From the NCBI GenBank assembly GCA_033648345.1, contig GCA_033648345.1_4121.1: a DNA stretch of 64,000 nt; one strand, 5' to 3'. This document shows positions 1-9,370 of the stretch, in pieces (within the stretch, counting starts at the first letter, position 1; each line of letters begins with the position of its first letter). The position numbers and the translations under genes are program-made. Under the pieces are notes generated by a model. That model had not been told where the DNA came from. It worked only from the letters and a program-made list of their open reading frames with translations, and made no database searches. The DNA comes from a phage.

Positions 1-27
1 GAGAGCCAAAAAAGAATGGAATAAACA

Positions 28-279
28 ATGCGACAAAGAATGAACCACAAAATGTATTGTAAACTATTGCAGACACTGGCACAGAAACACTATGACACGG
101 TATCTGAAATATTACCCTATGATATCATGCGTTTACTTCACTGTGAGGCCGAGATGCTTGTACTGATGACAGGCACTGATAAAAAAGCAATTGCCAAATC
201 AATAGATATGTTCATCGAAGCACAATGTCAACACATTAGAACCGAGATATGGAGACGAGAGAATGATAACACTAAATGA
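28..279 (+). CDS. Family A small protein (degenerate motif MTGTDKK)
   Basis: Track ORF 83 aa; first member of tiled array. Confidence 0.55.
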   Translation: MRQRMNHKMYCKLLQTLAQKHYDTVSEILPYDIMRLLHCEAEMLVLMTGTDKKAIAKSIDMFIEAQCQHIRTEIWRRENDNTK

Positions 280-478
280 GTTTCAGTATCATTGGAGGTT
301 ACAAGCTATAAGAAGGAAAGTTGTTAGTATTTCTTTAGACAAGTCTATTGCACAAGAGGACAAATGTGTTATAATAGCTGAAATGAAGTTGGGTGTATTC
401 GTAGGAACAAACTATCAAAACATCTACACTGACGTATTGTTAAGTGCCTTACGTAACAAGGTGATATCAAAAGAATGA
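263..478 (+). CDS. Family A small protein
   Basis: 71 aa; FVGTNYQN motif; overlaps upstream stop. Confidence 0.65.
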   Translation: MITLNEFQYHWRLQAIRRKVVSISLDKSIAQEDKCVIIAEMKLGVFVGTNYQNIYTDVLLSALRNKVISKE

Positions 479-693
479 GAAAATTAATAGGTTACGAATA
501 TGTTAAGCTTCTGAAAACATGTGCCAACAGAAGAGTAAAGATTCAATCTGATAAGAGCATCCCTGCCAACCTAAAACATGCAATGGTAGCTGAACTCTAT
601 GCAGGGGCACTCATAGGAACAAACTATCAACAAATGTATATAGACATGTGGGTTGATGCATTAGTCAAGGTGATCCAAAGTAAATGCAAATGA
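475..693 (+). CDS. Family A small protein
   Basis: 72 aa; LIGTNYQQ motif; ATGA overlap with upstream gene. Confidence 0.65.
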   Translation: MRKLIGYEYVKLLKTCANRRVKIQSDKSIPANLKHAMVAELYAGALIGTNYQQMYIDMWVDALVKVIQSKCK

Positions 694-932
694 TTAATTT
701 AAGTAAATCTGAATATAAAGAACGCCAAGCAAAAATCTTACCTAAACTTAATGAAATCCATTTCGGTGAAGTAAACAAACACGAAAATAAGATGATTATG
801 AAGCGTGAGACAAAGCTATGTGCATTCTTAGGAACTAACTATCAGGAGTATTATGTAGAGGAATATATAATTACACTTAAGAAATACATTGGGAGTAAAC
901 TAAGTAAATGTACGAGAAATGCAAATGATTAA
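684..932 (+). CDS. Family A small protein
   Basis: 82 aa; FLGTNYQE; N-term MQMINLSKSEY. Confidence 0.65.
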   Translation: MQMINLSKSEYKERQAKILPKLNEIHFGEVNKHENKMIMKRETKLCAFLGTNYQEYYVEEYIITLKKYIGSKLSKCTRNAND

Positions 933-1137
933 TTTAAGTAAAGATGAATATTATGATCGTCTTGCAAAAACTTATCCAGCACGTAACGCCGTTTATAATA
1001 GTAACATTATTGAACGCTCAAAGAAGTTGATTGTAGTAAATGAGATTAAGATGCTTTCAGTCTTAGGAACAAACTATCAAGAGAATGCTGTACTGTTGTT
1101 AATTGATGCCCTCAAGAGAGAGATACAAAGTAAATGA
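919..1137 (+). CDS. Family A small protein
   Basis: 72 aa; VLGTNYQE; N-term MQMINLSKDEY. Confidence 0.65.
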   Translation: MQMINLSKDEYYDRLAKTYPARNAVYNSNIIERSKKLIVVNEIKMLSVLGTNYQENAVLLLIDALKREIQSK

Positions 1138-1358
1138 TTAATTTATCTTTCCATGAATATCAAAAACGTTTAAATGCATCCAGAGATATAAGGATTCAAA
1201 TATTCAATAACAAAAGATTGAAGCCTGATATCAGAAAAATCAAAATTATAGAAGCAGAGTTATGCAACTTTCTAGGGACCAACTATCAGGCAGGTAAGGT
1301 AAAAAACTATCTTAGAGAACTAATGAATAGTATTGAAAATAAATGCGAGGGTAATTAA
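1134..1358 (+). CDS. Family A small protein
   Basis: 74 aa; FLGTNYQA; ATGA overlap. Confidence 0.65.
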   Translation: MINLSFHEYQKRLNASRDIRIQIFNNKRLKPDIRKIKIIEAELCNFLGTNYQAGKVKNYLRELMNSIENKCEGN

Positions 1359-1359
1359 C

Positions 1360-1623
1360 ATGAAAATGATTAATTTAAGTAAAGATGAATATACCGAGCG
1401 TATGACAAAAATTACGCACAAACGTAATACAATCTATCACAACCCAGAAATTCAACACAGTAAGAAGATGATTATGATGCGTGAGTTAAAGATGGGTGTA
1501 TTCTTAGGAACAAACTATCAAGATACAGAAGTAAATCGCTTAATCGCGGAGTTACTACTGGAAATCAAAGGTAAGCTGTACTTTTATCAAATGACCCGTC
1601 CACTAAGGTGTACTGATCGATGA
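1360..1623 (+). CDS. Family A small protein
   Basis: Track ORF 1333..1623; in-frame ATG at 1360 (MKMINLSKDEY) directly follows upstream stop; FLGTNYQD. Confidence 0.6.
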   Translation: MKMINLSKDEYTERMTKITHKRNTIYHNPEIQHSKKMIMMRELKMGVFLGTNYQDTEVNRLIAELLLEIKGKLYFYQMTRPLRCTDR

Positions 1624-1862
1624 ATATTGTGAATAACATCAGAATAGCAGAAAGATTTGATAGAATTGGGGAAGCTCTGAGAAGATACGATAAAGAATAT
1701 GGTCATTTAAGCTTTTCTATAGAAAAGAGATATGAACTTGAAGCAGAGTTTAAAATGCAGTTCCTCTTAGGTACACAGTATCAAAACCAATATGTAGAAA
1801 AATGGATTTCACTTTTAATCCAGACAATTTACGTAAGGAACATTAAATGCAAAATGAAATGA
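1620..1862 (+). CDS. Family A small protein
   Basis: 80 aa; LLGTQYQN; ATGA overlap. Confidence 0.65.
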   Translation: MNIVNNIRIAERFDRIGEALRRYDKEYGHLSFSIEKRYELEAEFKMQFLLGTQYQNQYVEKWISLLIQTIYVRNIKCKMK

Positions 1863-2107
1863 TATACTTAACACATGATGAGTTAACAGAAAGACTAGAT
1901 AAATCCAAAAAACTTACAAATAAACTTCCTCACAACACAAACCAAACCCCAGCGGAAAGGAGTGCAGAAGTTTTATTCCAAACATTACCATACCTTCTTG
2001 GAACTGATAGGCAAGAGTATCACATTGAACGTATAATTAAATATCTCAAAATTACTATTAAGGAAAAAGTAAATGCAAATGCAAATGAAATACTTAACAG
2101 ACGATGA
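1847..2107 (+). CDS. Family A small protein
   Basis: 86 aa; LLGTDRQEY; near-duplicate of next gene. Confidence 0.65.
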   Translation: MQNEMIYLTHDELTERLDKSKKLTNKLPHNTNQTPAERSAEVLFQTLPYLLGTDRQEYHIERIIKYLKITIKEKVNANANEILNRR

Positions 2108-2330
2108 GTTAAAAGAACGATTAATTAAATCCAGAAAACTTACAAATCAACTTCCAATCGACACAAACAAGTCACATGCCGAAAGGAGTGCAGAAGTTTT
2201 ATACATTCAACTCCTGTACTTTCTTGGAACTGACAGACAAGAGTATTACATTGAAAGTATGCTTCGATATCTTAAATTCTCTATAAAGGAAAAGATACAT
2301 GCTCAAGAATTTAAAAATCCTAACAGTTAA
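2073..2330 (+). CDS. Family A small protein
   Basis: 85 aa; FLGTDRQEY; close paralog of 1847..2107. Confidence 0.65.
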   Translation: MQMQMKYLTDDELKERLIKSRKLTNQLPIDTNKSHAERSAEVLYIQLLYFLGTDRQEYYIESMLRYLKFSIKEKIHAQEFKNPNS

Positions 2331-2556
2331 TGAATATCATAAGATTGTAATGAAAACTAATAGTGCAATTTCTAAAAAATCAAACCCAAAGTACATACTG
2401 GAACACACATTCGAAGAACGCCAATTAGCTCTAGTTGAAGCAAAACTTCTTGCACTCCTAGGAACAAACTATCAGGAAGAATACATTAGAAAACTAATAT
2501 ACCTTTTAACTAAACACATCAGGAAAAGAAAAAAGCATGAAGCACTTGACAGATGA
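2299..2556 (+). CDS. Family A small protein
   Basis: 85 aa; LLGTNYQEE. Confidence 0.65.
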   Translation: MLKNLKILTVNEYHKIVMKTNSAISKKSNPKYILEHTFEERQLALVEAKLLALLGTNYQEEYIRKLIYLLTKHIRKRKKHEALDR

Positions 2557-2767
2557 TGAACATGGGCTTATAGTAATGGATGTAATCAACATCGAATACA
2601 AAAAGTTGATACGCTACCGTTGTTATGAAGATAAGCAACTCGTTCTAGCAGAACAGAAGTTGTTTCGACTCTTAAACACAAACTTCCAAGCACAATACGA
2701 AGAATCGTATTTGTACCTACTGTCGAGGAAAGCAAAAAGAGATTATGAAAATTTTAAGCCACAGTGA
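2537..2767 (+). CDS. Family A small protein
   Basis: 76 aa; LLNTNFQAQ variant. Confidence 0.6.
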   Translation: MKHLTDDEHGLIVMDVINIEYKKLIRYRCYEDKQLVLAEQKLFRLLNTNFQAQYEESYLYLLSRKAKRDYENFKPQ

Positions 2768-2960
2768 ACAAACAGAATTGTTAATCTTTAATACAAGTAA
2801 ATTCTTAAACATAACATTGTCTGATATAGATGATGATGAAAAAGAGTTACTTAGAGCAGATTTAAGAGTTCTTTTATATATTGGAACTAACTTCCAAGAG
2901 CAATTCGTTGAGGACTACATCGATGAACTTAAAGAATCTGTACTGAGAACATGCAAATGA
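2745..2960 (+). CDS. Family A small protein
   Basis: 71 aa; YIGTNFQEQ. Confidence 0.65.
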   Translation: MKILSHSEQTELLIFNTSKFLNITLSDIDDDEKELLRADLRVLLYIGTNFQEQFVEDYIDELKESVLRTCK

Positions 2961-3184
2961 AAATCCTTTCACCAAGTGAATACCACGAACTATTAAGTAG
3001 TTTAATTCTAAAATTGTATATAGCAAAGACCACAGATTTACCTGATGAAGAAAAAAATATTCTAATGAGTGAAATCTATGTTAATTCTACCCTAGGGACT
3101 AACTATCAAGAATGTAATATTAATGATTACATCAAAGAACTAAAAAGGTTTATCCAATGCAAATGCGAATCATTACCGAAGTAG
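2951..3184 (+). CDS. Family A small protein
   Basis: 77 aa; TLGTNYQEC; close paralog of next gene. Confidence 0.65.
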   Translation: MQMKILSPSEYHELLSSLILKLYIAKTTDLPDEEKNILMSEIYVNSTLGTNYQECNINDYIKELKRFIQCKCESLPK

Positions 3185-3408
3185 AATACCTAACAATCAT
3201 AAATGGACTGTTTTCGAAGTTATTTGCCATTAACACATCAAAACTTCCAGATACTGATAAAATTATTAAGTTAAATGAAATCTACGTTCAAGCTACTCTA
3301 GGAACAAACTATCAAGAAGCCAATGTGTATAATTACATTAATACACTCAAAAGGGTAATAAAATTAAAATGCACAGACAGCACAAACAGCCAATACACAA
3401 ACCCCTAG
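3157..3408 (+). CDS. Family A small protein
   Basis: 83 aa; TLGTNYQEA. Confidence 0.65.
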   Translation: MQMRIITEVEYLTIINGLFSKLFAINTSKLPDTDKIIKLNEIYVQATLGTNYQEANVYNYINTLKRVIKLKCTDSTNSQYTNP

Positions 3409-3608
3409 GAACAGCAGAATACATTGAACTAATGGCTGCAAACTTCTCATCCTTTAAGAAACTGATGCAAGAATCAAATAATGATTTAGAATATCATATC
3501 AAAAGTTCAGATTTAAGAATGCTTCTCACCCTAGACACAGATTCCCAAGAGCGATTTGTCAATGAGCATATTAGAGCACTTTTAAATGGCATCAGGGATA
3601 AACTATGA
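3369..3608 (+). CDS. Family A small protein (divergent)
   Basis: 79 aa; LTLDTDSQE variant of motif. Confidence 0.55.
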   Translation: MHRQHKQPIHKPLGTAEYIELMAANFSSFKKLMQESNNDLEYHIKSSDLRMLLTLDTDSQERFVNEHIRALLNGIRDKL

Positions 3609-3820
3609 AGGAAATATCAAATCAAGAGTACTTGGCACTATTCAGGAAGAATAATCACAAATATATGGCACTTGATTCAAGAACTGATATAAGTGAACTT
3701 GAAAAAAATCTTTTGCGTTCAGAGATGATAGTACTGACACTCTTAGGAACACAGCATCAAGAGAGAACTGTTAATTCACACATAGAGATTCTTATGCAGA
3801 TAGTACAGGAAAAGATATGA
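3605..3820 (+). CDS. Family A small protein
   Basis: 71 aa; LLGTQHQE; ATGA overlap. Confidence 0.65.
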   Translation: MKEISNQEYLALFRKNNHKYMALDSRTDISELEKNLLRSEMIVLTLLGTQHQERTVNSHIEILMQIVQEKI

Positions 3821-4038
3821 GAATCATAACACAACAAGATATGCTTAAGTTCGCAAGGGTTCATGCATCTGAATTTGATGCTATATTATCAAAAAGTTAC
3901 AACAACCCTTATACACAAGATGTACATTACAGTGAATTATGGATGTATATACTTTTAGGTACAGATCATCAAGAGCAAGCAGTACAGAAGTATTTGACAG
4001 CTTTACGTGATGCTACAGCTAATGGAGTACGTGTTTAA
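3817..4038 (+). CDS. Family A small protein
   Basis: 73 aa; LLGTDHQEQ; ATGA overlap. Confidence 0.65.
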   Translation: MRIITQQDMLKFARVHASEFDAILSKSYNNPYTQDVHYSELWMYILLGTDHQEQAVQKYLTALRDATANGVRV

Positions 4039-4039
4039 T

Positions 4040-4282
4040 ATGAAAGTACTGACAGAACTAGAAATGTATCATAGATTTAATAAGTACTATCATTTACTTA
4101 AGCCTATACAGAGGATTAAATGTCCATTTGAAGAGAAACAGGTTTTAATCTATGAGCACAAGTTCTTTGTATCATTAGGTACAGATCAACAAGAGTACTA
4201 TTTGACGTTGTACTTGATTACATTAATAGATTTCATTCACTATAAAACCACACAATCTAATAAAGAGAAATATGAAAACTAA
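4040..4282 (+). CDS. Family A small protein
   Basis: Track ORF 4007..4282; in-frame ATG at 4040 (MKVLTELEMY) follows upstream stop; SLGTDQQEY. Confidence 0.6.
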   Translation: MKVLTELEMYHRFNKYYHLLKPIQRIKCPFEEKQVLIYEHKFFVSLGTDQQEYYLTLYLITLIDFIHYKTTQSNKEKYEN

Positions 4283-4616
4283 TATACAACTCAAGGTATA
4301 TAAATCCTATGAACATATATATATCAAAAGTAGTCTATGTAGAGATGTAATGGACTACAAGGGTAAGCCATTCACAATTACGTATGATTCTTATATTAAT
4401 GATTTATATATATCATTTGTTAATTACGAAAATAAAATATACAAGCACGTTGATATTAAAGATTTAAGTACTTTATCACCAGAGGAATACTTTCAAGAAT
4501 CATTAGTATGGGATTTAGAATTTCCTATGCCATTAGTACATAAAATGATAGTACTAATGAAAGAAGCTAAACAGGAGCCTAATGGTGATTATGAAGAACA
4601 CATTATTGAGTACTGA
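4272..4616 (+). CDS. Family B protein (EEYFQESLVWD motif) embedded in family A array
   Basis: 114 aa; motif SPEEYFQESLVWD. Confidence 0.65.
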   Translation: MKTNIQLKVYKSYEHIYIKSSLCRDVMDYKGKPFTITYDSYINDLYISFVNYENKIYKHVDIKDLSTLSPEEYFQESLVWDLEFPMPLVHKMIVLMKEAKQEPNGDYEEHIIEY

Positions 4617-4619
4617 ACA

Positions 4620-4835
4620 ATGAAAAGATTATCATACAAAGATTACACCAATCTTATCAGGACTTTACAACCAGAAATTAGAAGAATTAATTCTCTTCCT
4701 ATATCTAATGAAGAATGTTCAGTACTGAAAGATGAGTTAATCTTAAAACACACAGTAGGAACAAACTATCAAGCTGATAGTGTTCGATATTTAATTTGGG
4801 GGTTGATGTGTCAAATAAAGTCCAGACAAGCTTGA
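4620..4835 (+). CDS. Family A small protein
   Basis: 71 aa; TVGTNYQAD. Confidence 0.65.
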   Translation: MKRLSYKDYTNLIRTLQPEIRRINSLPISNEECSVLKDELILKHTVGTNYQADSVRYLIWGLMCQIKSRQA

Positions 4836-4890
4836 CAGTACTCTTCATTACTGCTATAGTACACTAACGTTAATCATTAGGGTAAAAATT

Positions 4891-5136
4891 ATGTTAAATT
4901 TTTTAAATTTCCTTATCGTCTTGTGTATTGTTCTTGGGATTGCACCATTTGTATTGTATTTCATGGATTCAGATGAAATGCAGAAGATGAATTGCACAAA
5001 GACAGGACAGAGTAGAGTAGAGACGATTCTTATGCCTGTTACCGTTATTGTTAATAATATGCCCATTACAAACATGGTCCCTACCCTAACGACAACGTAC
5101 CAGTACTCTTGTACAGACGGAGAGAGGTGGAGATAA
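4891..5136 (+). CDS. Small membrane protein
   Basis: 81 aa; hydrophobic N-terminal helix LNFLIVLCIVLGIAPFVLYF; TAATG overlap with next gene. Confidence 0.5.
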   Translation: MLNFLNFLIVLCIVLGIAPFVLYFMDSDEMQKMNCTKTGQSRVETILMPVTVIVNNMPITNMVPTLTTTYQYSCTDGERWR

Positions 5137-5459
5137 TGCGTAAGTTCAATTGTATTGTACGTAAGAATTCATGTTACATTGTAGTAGCTGATTTTAATAC
5201 AGGTTCTGGGTTGAAGATATTTGAGTACAGAAAATGCAATAATTCTTTTCATTGGAAATTGGGTGCAAGAAAAGCAAAAACAATTTCAGTACCGAATTTA
5301 TGTTCTATCTCTGAAGAAGAAGAGTTTCAGTACTTGTTAGTACATGATGATTCTTTAGGATTTACATTCGAAGATATGAAGGAAGTACAAAAGCAGATGA
5401 TTGCACATTGTCATCTTCCAAAGAATTTTGTTCAACGCGTATGTGAATTCTACATATAA
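5136..5459 (+). CDS. Family B protein
   Basis: Track ORF 5109..5459; ATG at 5136 after RBS GAGAGGTGGAG; motif SEEEEFQYLLVHDD. Confidence 0.65.
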   Translation: MRKFNCIVRKNSCYIVVADFNTGSGLKIFEYRKCNNSFHWKLGARKAKTISVPNLCSISEEEEFQYLLVHDDSLGFTFEDMKEVQKQMIAHCHLPKNFVQRVCEFYI

Positions 5460-5468
5460 GAGAAGAAT

Positions 5469-5780
5469 ATGAAATTTAATATAGCAAAAACATCGAGTAT
5501 ATGTATTTTTGGTTATGCAGAAGAGTTAGGTGATATTGACATTCTTTTGTACAAAAAGGATGGTGTTATGCATTTCAAGTACCAGGATGAAGAGGCAGAC
5601 AATTATCTTTTACCTAATTTAGTACACATGCAGGAAGAGGAATTATTCCAGTACAGCCTTGTGTACGACATTGATATTTGCACGATGCCAGTATTAATTA
5701 GTATTCAAAAAGTGATGCTCGATATGTATGATAAGCTAATACAAGGTATGTCAGGGAGGATCATTGAAATTGATATATAA
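5469..5780 (+). CDS. Family B protein
   Basis: 103 aa; QEEELFQYSLVYDID. Confidence 0.65.
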   Translation: MKFNIAKTSSICIFGYAEELGDIDILLYKKDGVMHFKYQDEEADNYLLPNLVHMQEEELFQYSLVYDIDICTMPVLISIQKVMLDMYDKLIQGMSGRIIEIDI

Positions 5781-5808
5781 GAATTTACCTAAAGGAGATG
5801 CAATATAA

Positions 5809-6060
5809 ATGTACAAAAAAATAAACCGTTATTTGTATGCATCAAAGTACAGGGATTTTTGTTTACAAGGGGGAGATGACGATTTTGCTCTGAGGTTATC
5901 GGAATTTAATATGTTATTTTATCTTGGTACATCAGTACAAGAAGAAATGGTACAGAAATTTCTCAATCACCTTGGACGAAAAATTAATATACAAATTTTG
6001 ATGCTTAAGTTACAGAATGAGATAAATGAATATGAATCCAGAAATAGTTCAGGATCTTAA
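5809..6060 (+). CDS. Family A-like small protein
   Basis: 83 aa; YLGTSVQEE motif. Confidence 0.55.
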   Translation: MYKKINRYLYASKYRDFCLQGGDDDFALRLSEFNMLFYLGTSVQEEMVQKFLNHLGRKINIQILMLKLQNEINEYESRNSSGS

Positions 6061-6436
6061 AAAAGTAATATTTCTTTTGAATACAAGAAGCTCTTTATAT
6101 AAGGAGTTCAAGGATATTAAAACATCGTGTAATATAGATTTTTTTGAAACCATACATGCGGAGTTTCGTGATTTAATTGCAGATGCATTGTTTGAATTTT
6201 CCGAGAAATATCAAGGTACAGTCTTCGGTGTTAAGAATGTTCTTCGTCCAAGTACAGGTACAAGGAAGATTGAGTTATCACATTTTACAATTGGTAACAA
6301 CGATTTATTCAGTTATAACCCCAGTACATCTTTATATTTTATTCCTGTTTCAGACAAAAATCATCCTATTCATTACGGATGGATTATATCTTATACAATA
6401 AATGGGACGGAGTATCCTATTAAATGGCACGATTAG
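6026..6436 (+). CDS. Hypothetical protein
   Basis: 136 aa track ORF; start may be M1 or M3. Confidence 0.5.
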   Translation: MNMNPEIVQDLKKVIFLLNTRSSLYKEFKDIKTSCNIDFFETIHAEFRDLIADALFEFSEKYQGTVFGVKNVLRPSTGTRKIELSHFTIGNNDLFSYNPSTSLYFIPVSDKNHPIHYGWIISYTINGTEYPIKWHD

Positions 6437-6453
6437 GGTGTGAAGATTATAAT

Positions 6454-6576
6454 ATGAATATATTATTAAGAAATATTAATGCAGATTATTGTGTATGGGT
6501 TAAGAATAGAGATATGATGTATTATGATTTTTATTTAGATTGTGCCATTAAGCGTTTTTTAAGAGAAGAACATTAA
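6454..6576 (+). CDS. Small hypothetical protein (41 aa)
   Basis: Read by hand: fills gap, stop overlaps next start as TAATG; below track length cutoff. Confidence 0.3.
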   Translation: MNILLRNINADYCVWVKNRDMMYYDFYLDCAIKRFLREEH

Positions 6577-6758
6577 TGAAAACCGTTAATACAAAAGCAA
6601 TAAATGATTTAAATGATTCTTTATTAGTAAGTATCAAGATGTATTACAATATACATTTAAAGGGTGGTATAGATAATTACAATTATTATCTTTCATTAGT
6701 TACAATAGAACATTTAAATTATATAGATCAGTTATTACATCCAAATCCACCAAATTAA
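6576..6758 (+). CDS. Hypothetical protein
   Basis: 60 aa track ORF. Confidence 0.45.
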   Translation: MKTVNTKAINDLNDSLLVSIKMYYNIHLKGGIDNYNYYLSLVTIEHLNYIDQLLHPNPPN

Positions 6759-6769
6759 GGAATACCAAT

Positions 6770-7330
6770 ATGAATGATATTGAGTTATTGGTACATAAGA
6801 TTTGCACAATATCGTTTGTGCTGAACAATTCGAATACAGTACAGAGTTCCCTTTTAAGAATTAATAAAGTTGGGAGTAGTTTATATTTGGAAGTAAAAGC
6901 TGGTTTTGCAGGACAGTACAATGATAAAATCAAAGAAGAAGTTAAGGGAAGTGAAGATGCTTACATTGAGGTTTGTGCAACAGTTGGTTCAAATCCAATT
7001 TCAGTATCACCGTTAATGCGAAATGAAAATTCAGAATTTGATTCCAGTTTTGAAGGTTATTTGTGGTACAATTATGGTGATGATTATTTTATATATCAAA
7101 ATTCCAAAACGGATTATAGTGAAGAAGGTATAAAATTCATTGATCCTTACAATGAAGCAGAAGTATTTCAGACATCCCTAATATACAATACAAATCAAAT
7201 GAAGTATCTTATGTTGTTTAGTACAATGCATTTGAATCCATTGAAAGATAATTTAAAATTTTTCATTCGTTTAGAATTAGTTGATATTGCTTATGATCTT
7301 TTAATGCAAGGATATAGTTATGAAGTATAA
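6770..7330 (+). CDS. Family B protein
   Basis: 186 aa; NEAEVFQTSLIYNTN. Confidence 0.6.
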   Translation: MNDIELLVHKICTISFVLNNSNTVQSSLLRINKVGSSLYLEVKAGFAGQYNDKIKEEVKGSEDAYIEVCATVGSNPISVSPLMRNENSEFDSSFEGYLWYNYGDDYFIYQNSKTDYSEEGIKFIDPYNEAEVFQTSLIYNTNQMKYLMLFSTMHLNPLKDNLKFFIRLELVDIAYDLLMQGYSYEV

Positions 7331-7631
7331 AATGCTGTATACATTAACATTAATATATGTAGAATTAGAATCCGATTCAGATGCATGGAATTTGGTTAAA
7401 GAGGTCGATACCAATCAATGGTACATGGCAAATTTAGACGAACATGTTGTTACGGATTATTTTATAGATTTTAATACATTATCTGAAGAAGAATTTTTCC
7501 AAATGCAATTGGTGGTTGACATGTACGGACATGACATGGTAACATTAAGAAATATACAGAAAGTAGTTAATGAATTCCAAAGCAAGAAAGATTATGAGGT
7601 AGGAGCGTATTATGACATCGACGTACAGTGA
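7320..7631 (+). CDS. Family B protein
   Basis: 103 aa; SEEEFFQMQLVVD; close paralog of next gene. Confidence 0.65.
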   Translation: MKYKMLYTLTLIYVELESDSDAWNLVKEVDTNQWYMANLDEHVVTDYFIDFNTLSEEEFFQMQLVVDMYGHDMVTLRNIQKVVNEFQSKKDYEVGAYYDIDVQ

Positions 7632-7978
7632 AAGCAATGAGTACAATAGTTATGATATATAAAATGCTTTATACAGTATCGGGGATATATGTAGAATTAG
7701 AACCCGATTATCCAGATGGATGGAATTTTATTAAACGCTCCGAAAGAAATACATGGCACATGGCACATTTGGATAATGACGTAATATTAGACAATTTTGT
7801 GGATTTTAATACATTATCAGAAGAAGAATTCTTCCAAATGCAATGTGTGCTTGACACAAAAGGATTTGATGTGCTATTATTAAAGAATATACAAAAAGCT
7901 GTTAACGAATTAATATCCAATGACGAGTTAGGCAAAGTGAGGCTGTTCCATGATCTCGAAGTACCGTACCAGCAATGA
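7628..7978 (+). CDS. Family B protein
   Basis: 116 aa; SEEEFFQMQCVLD. Confidence 0.65.
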   Translation: MKAMSTIVMIYKMLYTVSGIYVELEPDYPDGWNFIKRSERNTWHMAHLDNDVILDNFVDFNTLSEEEFFQMQCVLDTKGFDVLLLKNIQKAVNELISNDELGKVRLFHDLEVPYQQ

Positions 7979-8519
7979 AATTCAGTACACCTACGCTAAT
8001 GCCATTCTTATGGGACAAAAGTTAGCTTGTATTGTTGCAGCCTTATATAATGTACAGAAAGCAGCACATAATAAAAAACCATATACAAGAATCATTAACG
8101 CATTCATGGGGTTTAAACCATCTGATTTTGATTCACATATTGCGTGCACAAGTTATTTTGACAAACGATTCAATACACCTGATACCCCAAATGCCCGTAG
8201 TGTTATTAGTCTTTTACAGTTTAATCCAACACCAGTTATATCAAAGAATGATTTGGATTACACATGGTACAATTCAAATCAAGATTCATTTTATTCTAAT
8301 GATCAATCGATTGAATATAATAAAATTAAATCAGAGGAAGCATTTTTTCAGGAATCATTATTTACACATGAACGTTCTTTGTTTTATAGTGTTATGTTGA
8401 GTACAGTATACAATAGTCCATTACACAAGAATAACAAAATTAATTTCAGTTTTTGTGCTTATGCGATTGATGGTGTTTATGAGTGCTTAATGGAGGTATT
8501 GAGTTATGAAGCTGAATAA
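7950..8519 (+). CDS. Family B protein
   Basis: 189 aa; SEEAFFQESLFTHE; RBS GTGAGG upstream of ATG. Confidence 0.6.
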   Translation: MISKYRTSNEIQYTYANAILMGQKLACIVAALYNVQKAAHNKKPYTRIINAFMGFKPSDFDSHIACTSYFDKRFNTPDTPNARSVISLLQFNPTPVISKNDLDYTWYNSNQDSFYSNDQSIEYNKIKSEEAFFQESLFTHERSLFYSVMLSTVYNSPLHKNNKINFSFCAYAIDGVYECLMEVLSYEAE

Positions 8520-8847
8520 TACATTTGATATTAAGAAGTTAAGAGAATGGTTTTATAGTATTGAAATTGAAGCCATTCCTTATCATACATATGAACAAAG
8601 TGATTTACAAAGTATTGATATCAGAGAGTTGTACAAATATTATCAGAGTGCATTAGAGATGCATAAGTTATTTTTGAGTACAAATTTCATTCTAAATTAC
8701 AATTTTGAGGAATTTAATAATTATAATTTAGTACAGAAATATGTAGTAGCAAAGTACATGTACAATCAAGGTATCAAAGGTTGCCTCGAATTCAATACCG
8801 TTCTTATTTTAGTTGAGGTAATTTTATGCACCGCATGTCTGATTTAG
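8506..8847 (+). CDS. Hypothetical protein
   Basis: 113 aa track ORF in tiling. Confidence 0.5.
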   Translation: MKLNNTFDIKKLREWFYSIEIEAIPYHTYEQSDLQSIDIRELYKYYQSALEMHKLFLSTNFILNYNFEEFNNYNLVQKYVVAKYMYNQGIKGCLEFNTVLILVEVILCTACLI

Positions 8848-9323
8848 AGTTCAGTTTAGATGCAGCCTTTAAATTTGTTCACAAAATAGAAACAATATAT
8901 CGTACATTATGTGCAATAACATCAGTATCAAAAGAGTTTGATGTTGGTGAAAGGTATCAGGTGTGGAATAATTCATTTTATAATAAAGAACATTCTGCGA
9001 CGGCATTTTATATTTTAGCATTTAATCCCAGCAATTGTTACCCTGAGAAGCATGAACGTTATCCAAATGACGACATGTGGTTTGAGTACAAAGAAGATGC
9101 TGATATGTCGTCAATTGTAGTTCCTGATGATTTTAATGCACAAGATTTAACAGAAGAGTGGTGGTTCCAGCAGAATTTAGTACATGATGATATTGATTTA
9201 TTTTTCTATATTGCATTTAAAATGCTTTATCACAACAATATAGTTAAAGAAAGTTTATCGTTTTCATGTCTATATATTGATGATTTGTACAATGAAATTC
9301 AAATAAACATGCCTGTATCGTAA
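8826..9323 (+). CDS. Family B protein
   Basis: 165 aa; TEEWWFQQNLVHDD. Confidence 0.6.
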   Translation: MHRMSDLEFSLDAAFKFVHKIETIYRTLCAITSVSKEFDVGERYQVWNNSFYNKEHSATAFYILAFNPSNCYPEKHERYPNDDMWFEYKEDADMSSIVVPDDFNAQDLTEEWWFQQNLVHDDIDLFFYIAFKMLYHNNIVKESLSFSCLYIDDLYNEIQINMPVS

Positions 9324-9341
9324 GATATGGGCTTTTTTTGT

Positions 9342-9370
9342 TTGACACGAGTACAAATGCATGGTACAAT
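9342..9370 (+). promoter_or_regulatory. Sigma70-like promoter TTGACA-N17-TACAAT
   Basis: Perfect -35 hexamer and near-consensus -10 in the intergenic gap; lies upstream of RBS TAAGGAG and the ATG at 9397. Confidence 0.55.

Larger units (their letters stand above)
28..4835 (+). repeat. Tandem array of family A paralogous small genes (about 21 consecutive members, one family B gene embedded at 4272..4616)
   Basis: Back-to-back 210-290 bp ORFs with overlapping stop/start codons; shared C-terminal [LF]LGT[ND]YQ motif and N-terminal M(Q)MINLSKxEY-like start. Confidence 0.8.

Noticed and set aside
28-4835. Regular ~220-260 bp periodicity with a repeated short sequence, which could suggest a CRISPR array or satellite repeat
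   Set aside because: The period is ten times longer than CRISPR repeat-spacer units; the repeated element is the coding sequence for the LGTNYQ peptide motif inside intact ORFs, and there are no invariant 25-40 bp direct repeats.
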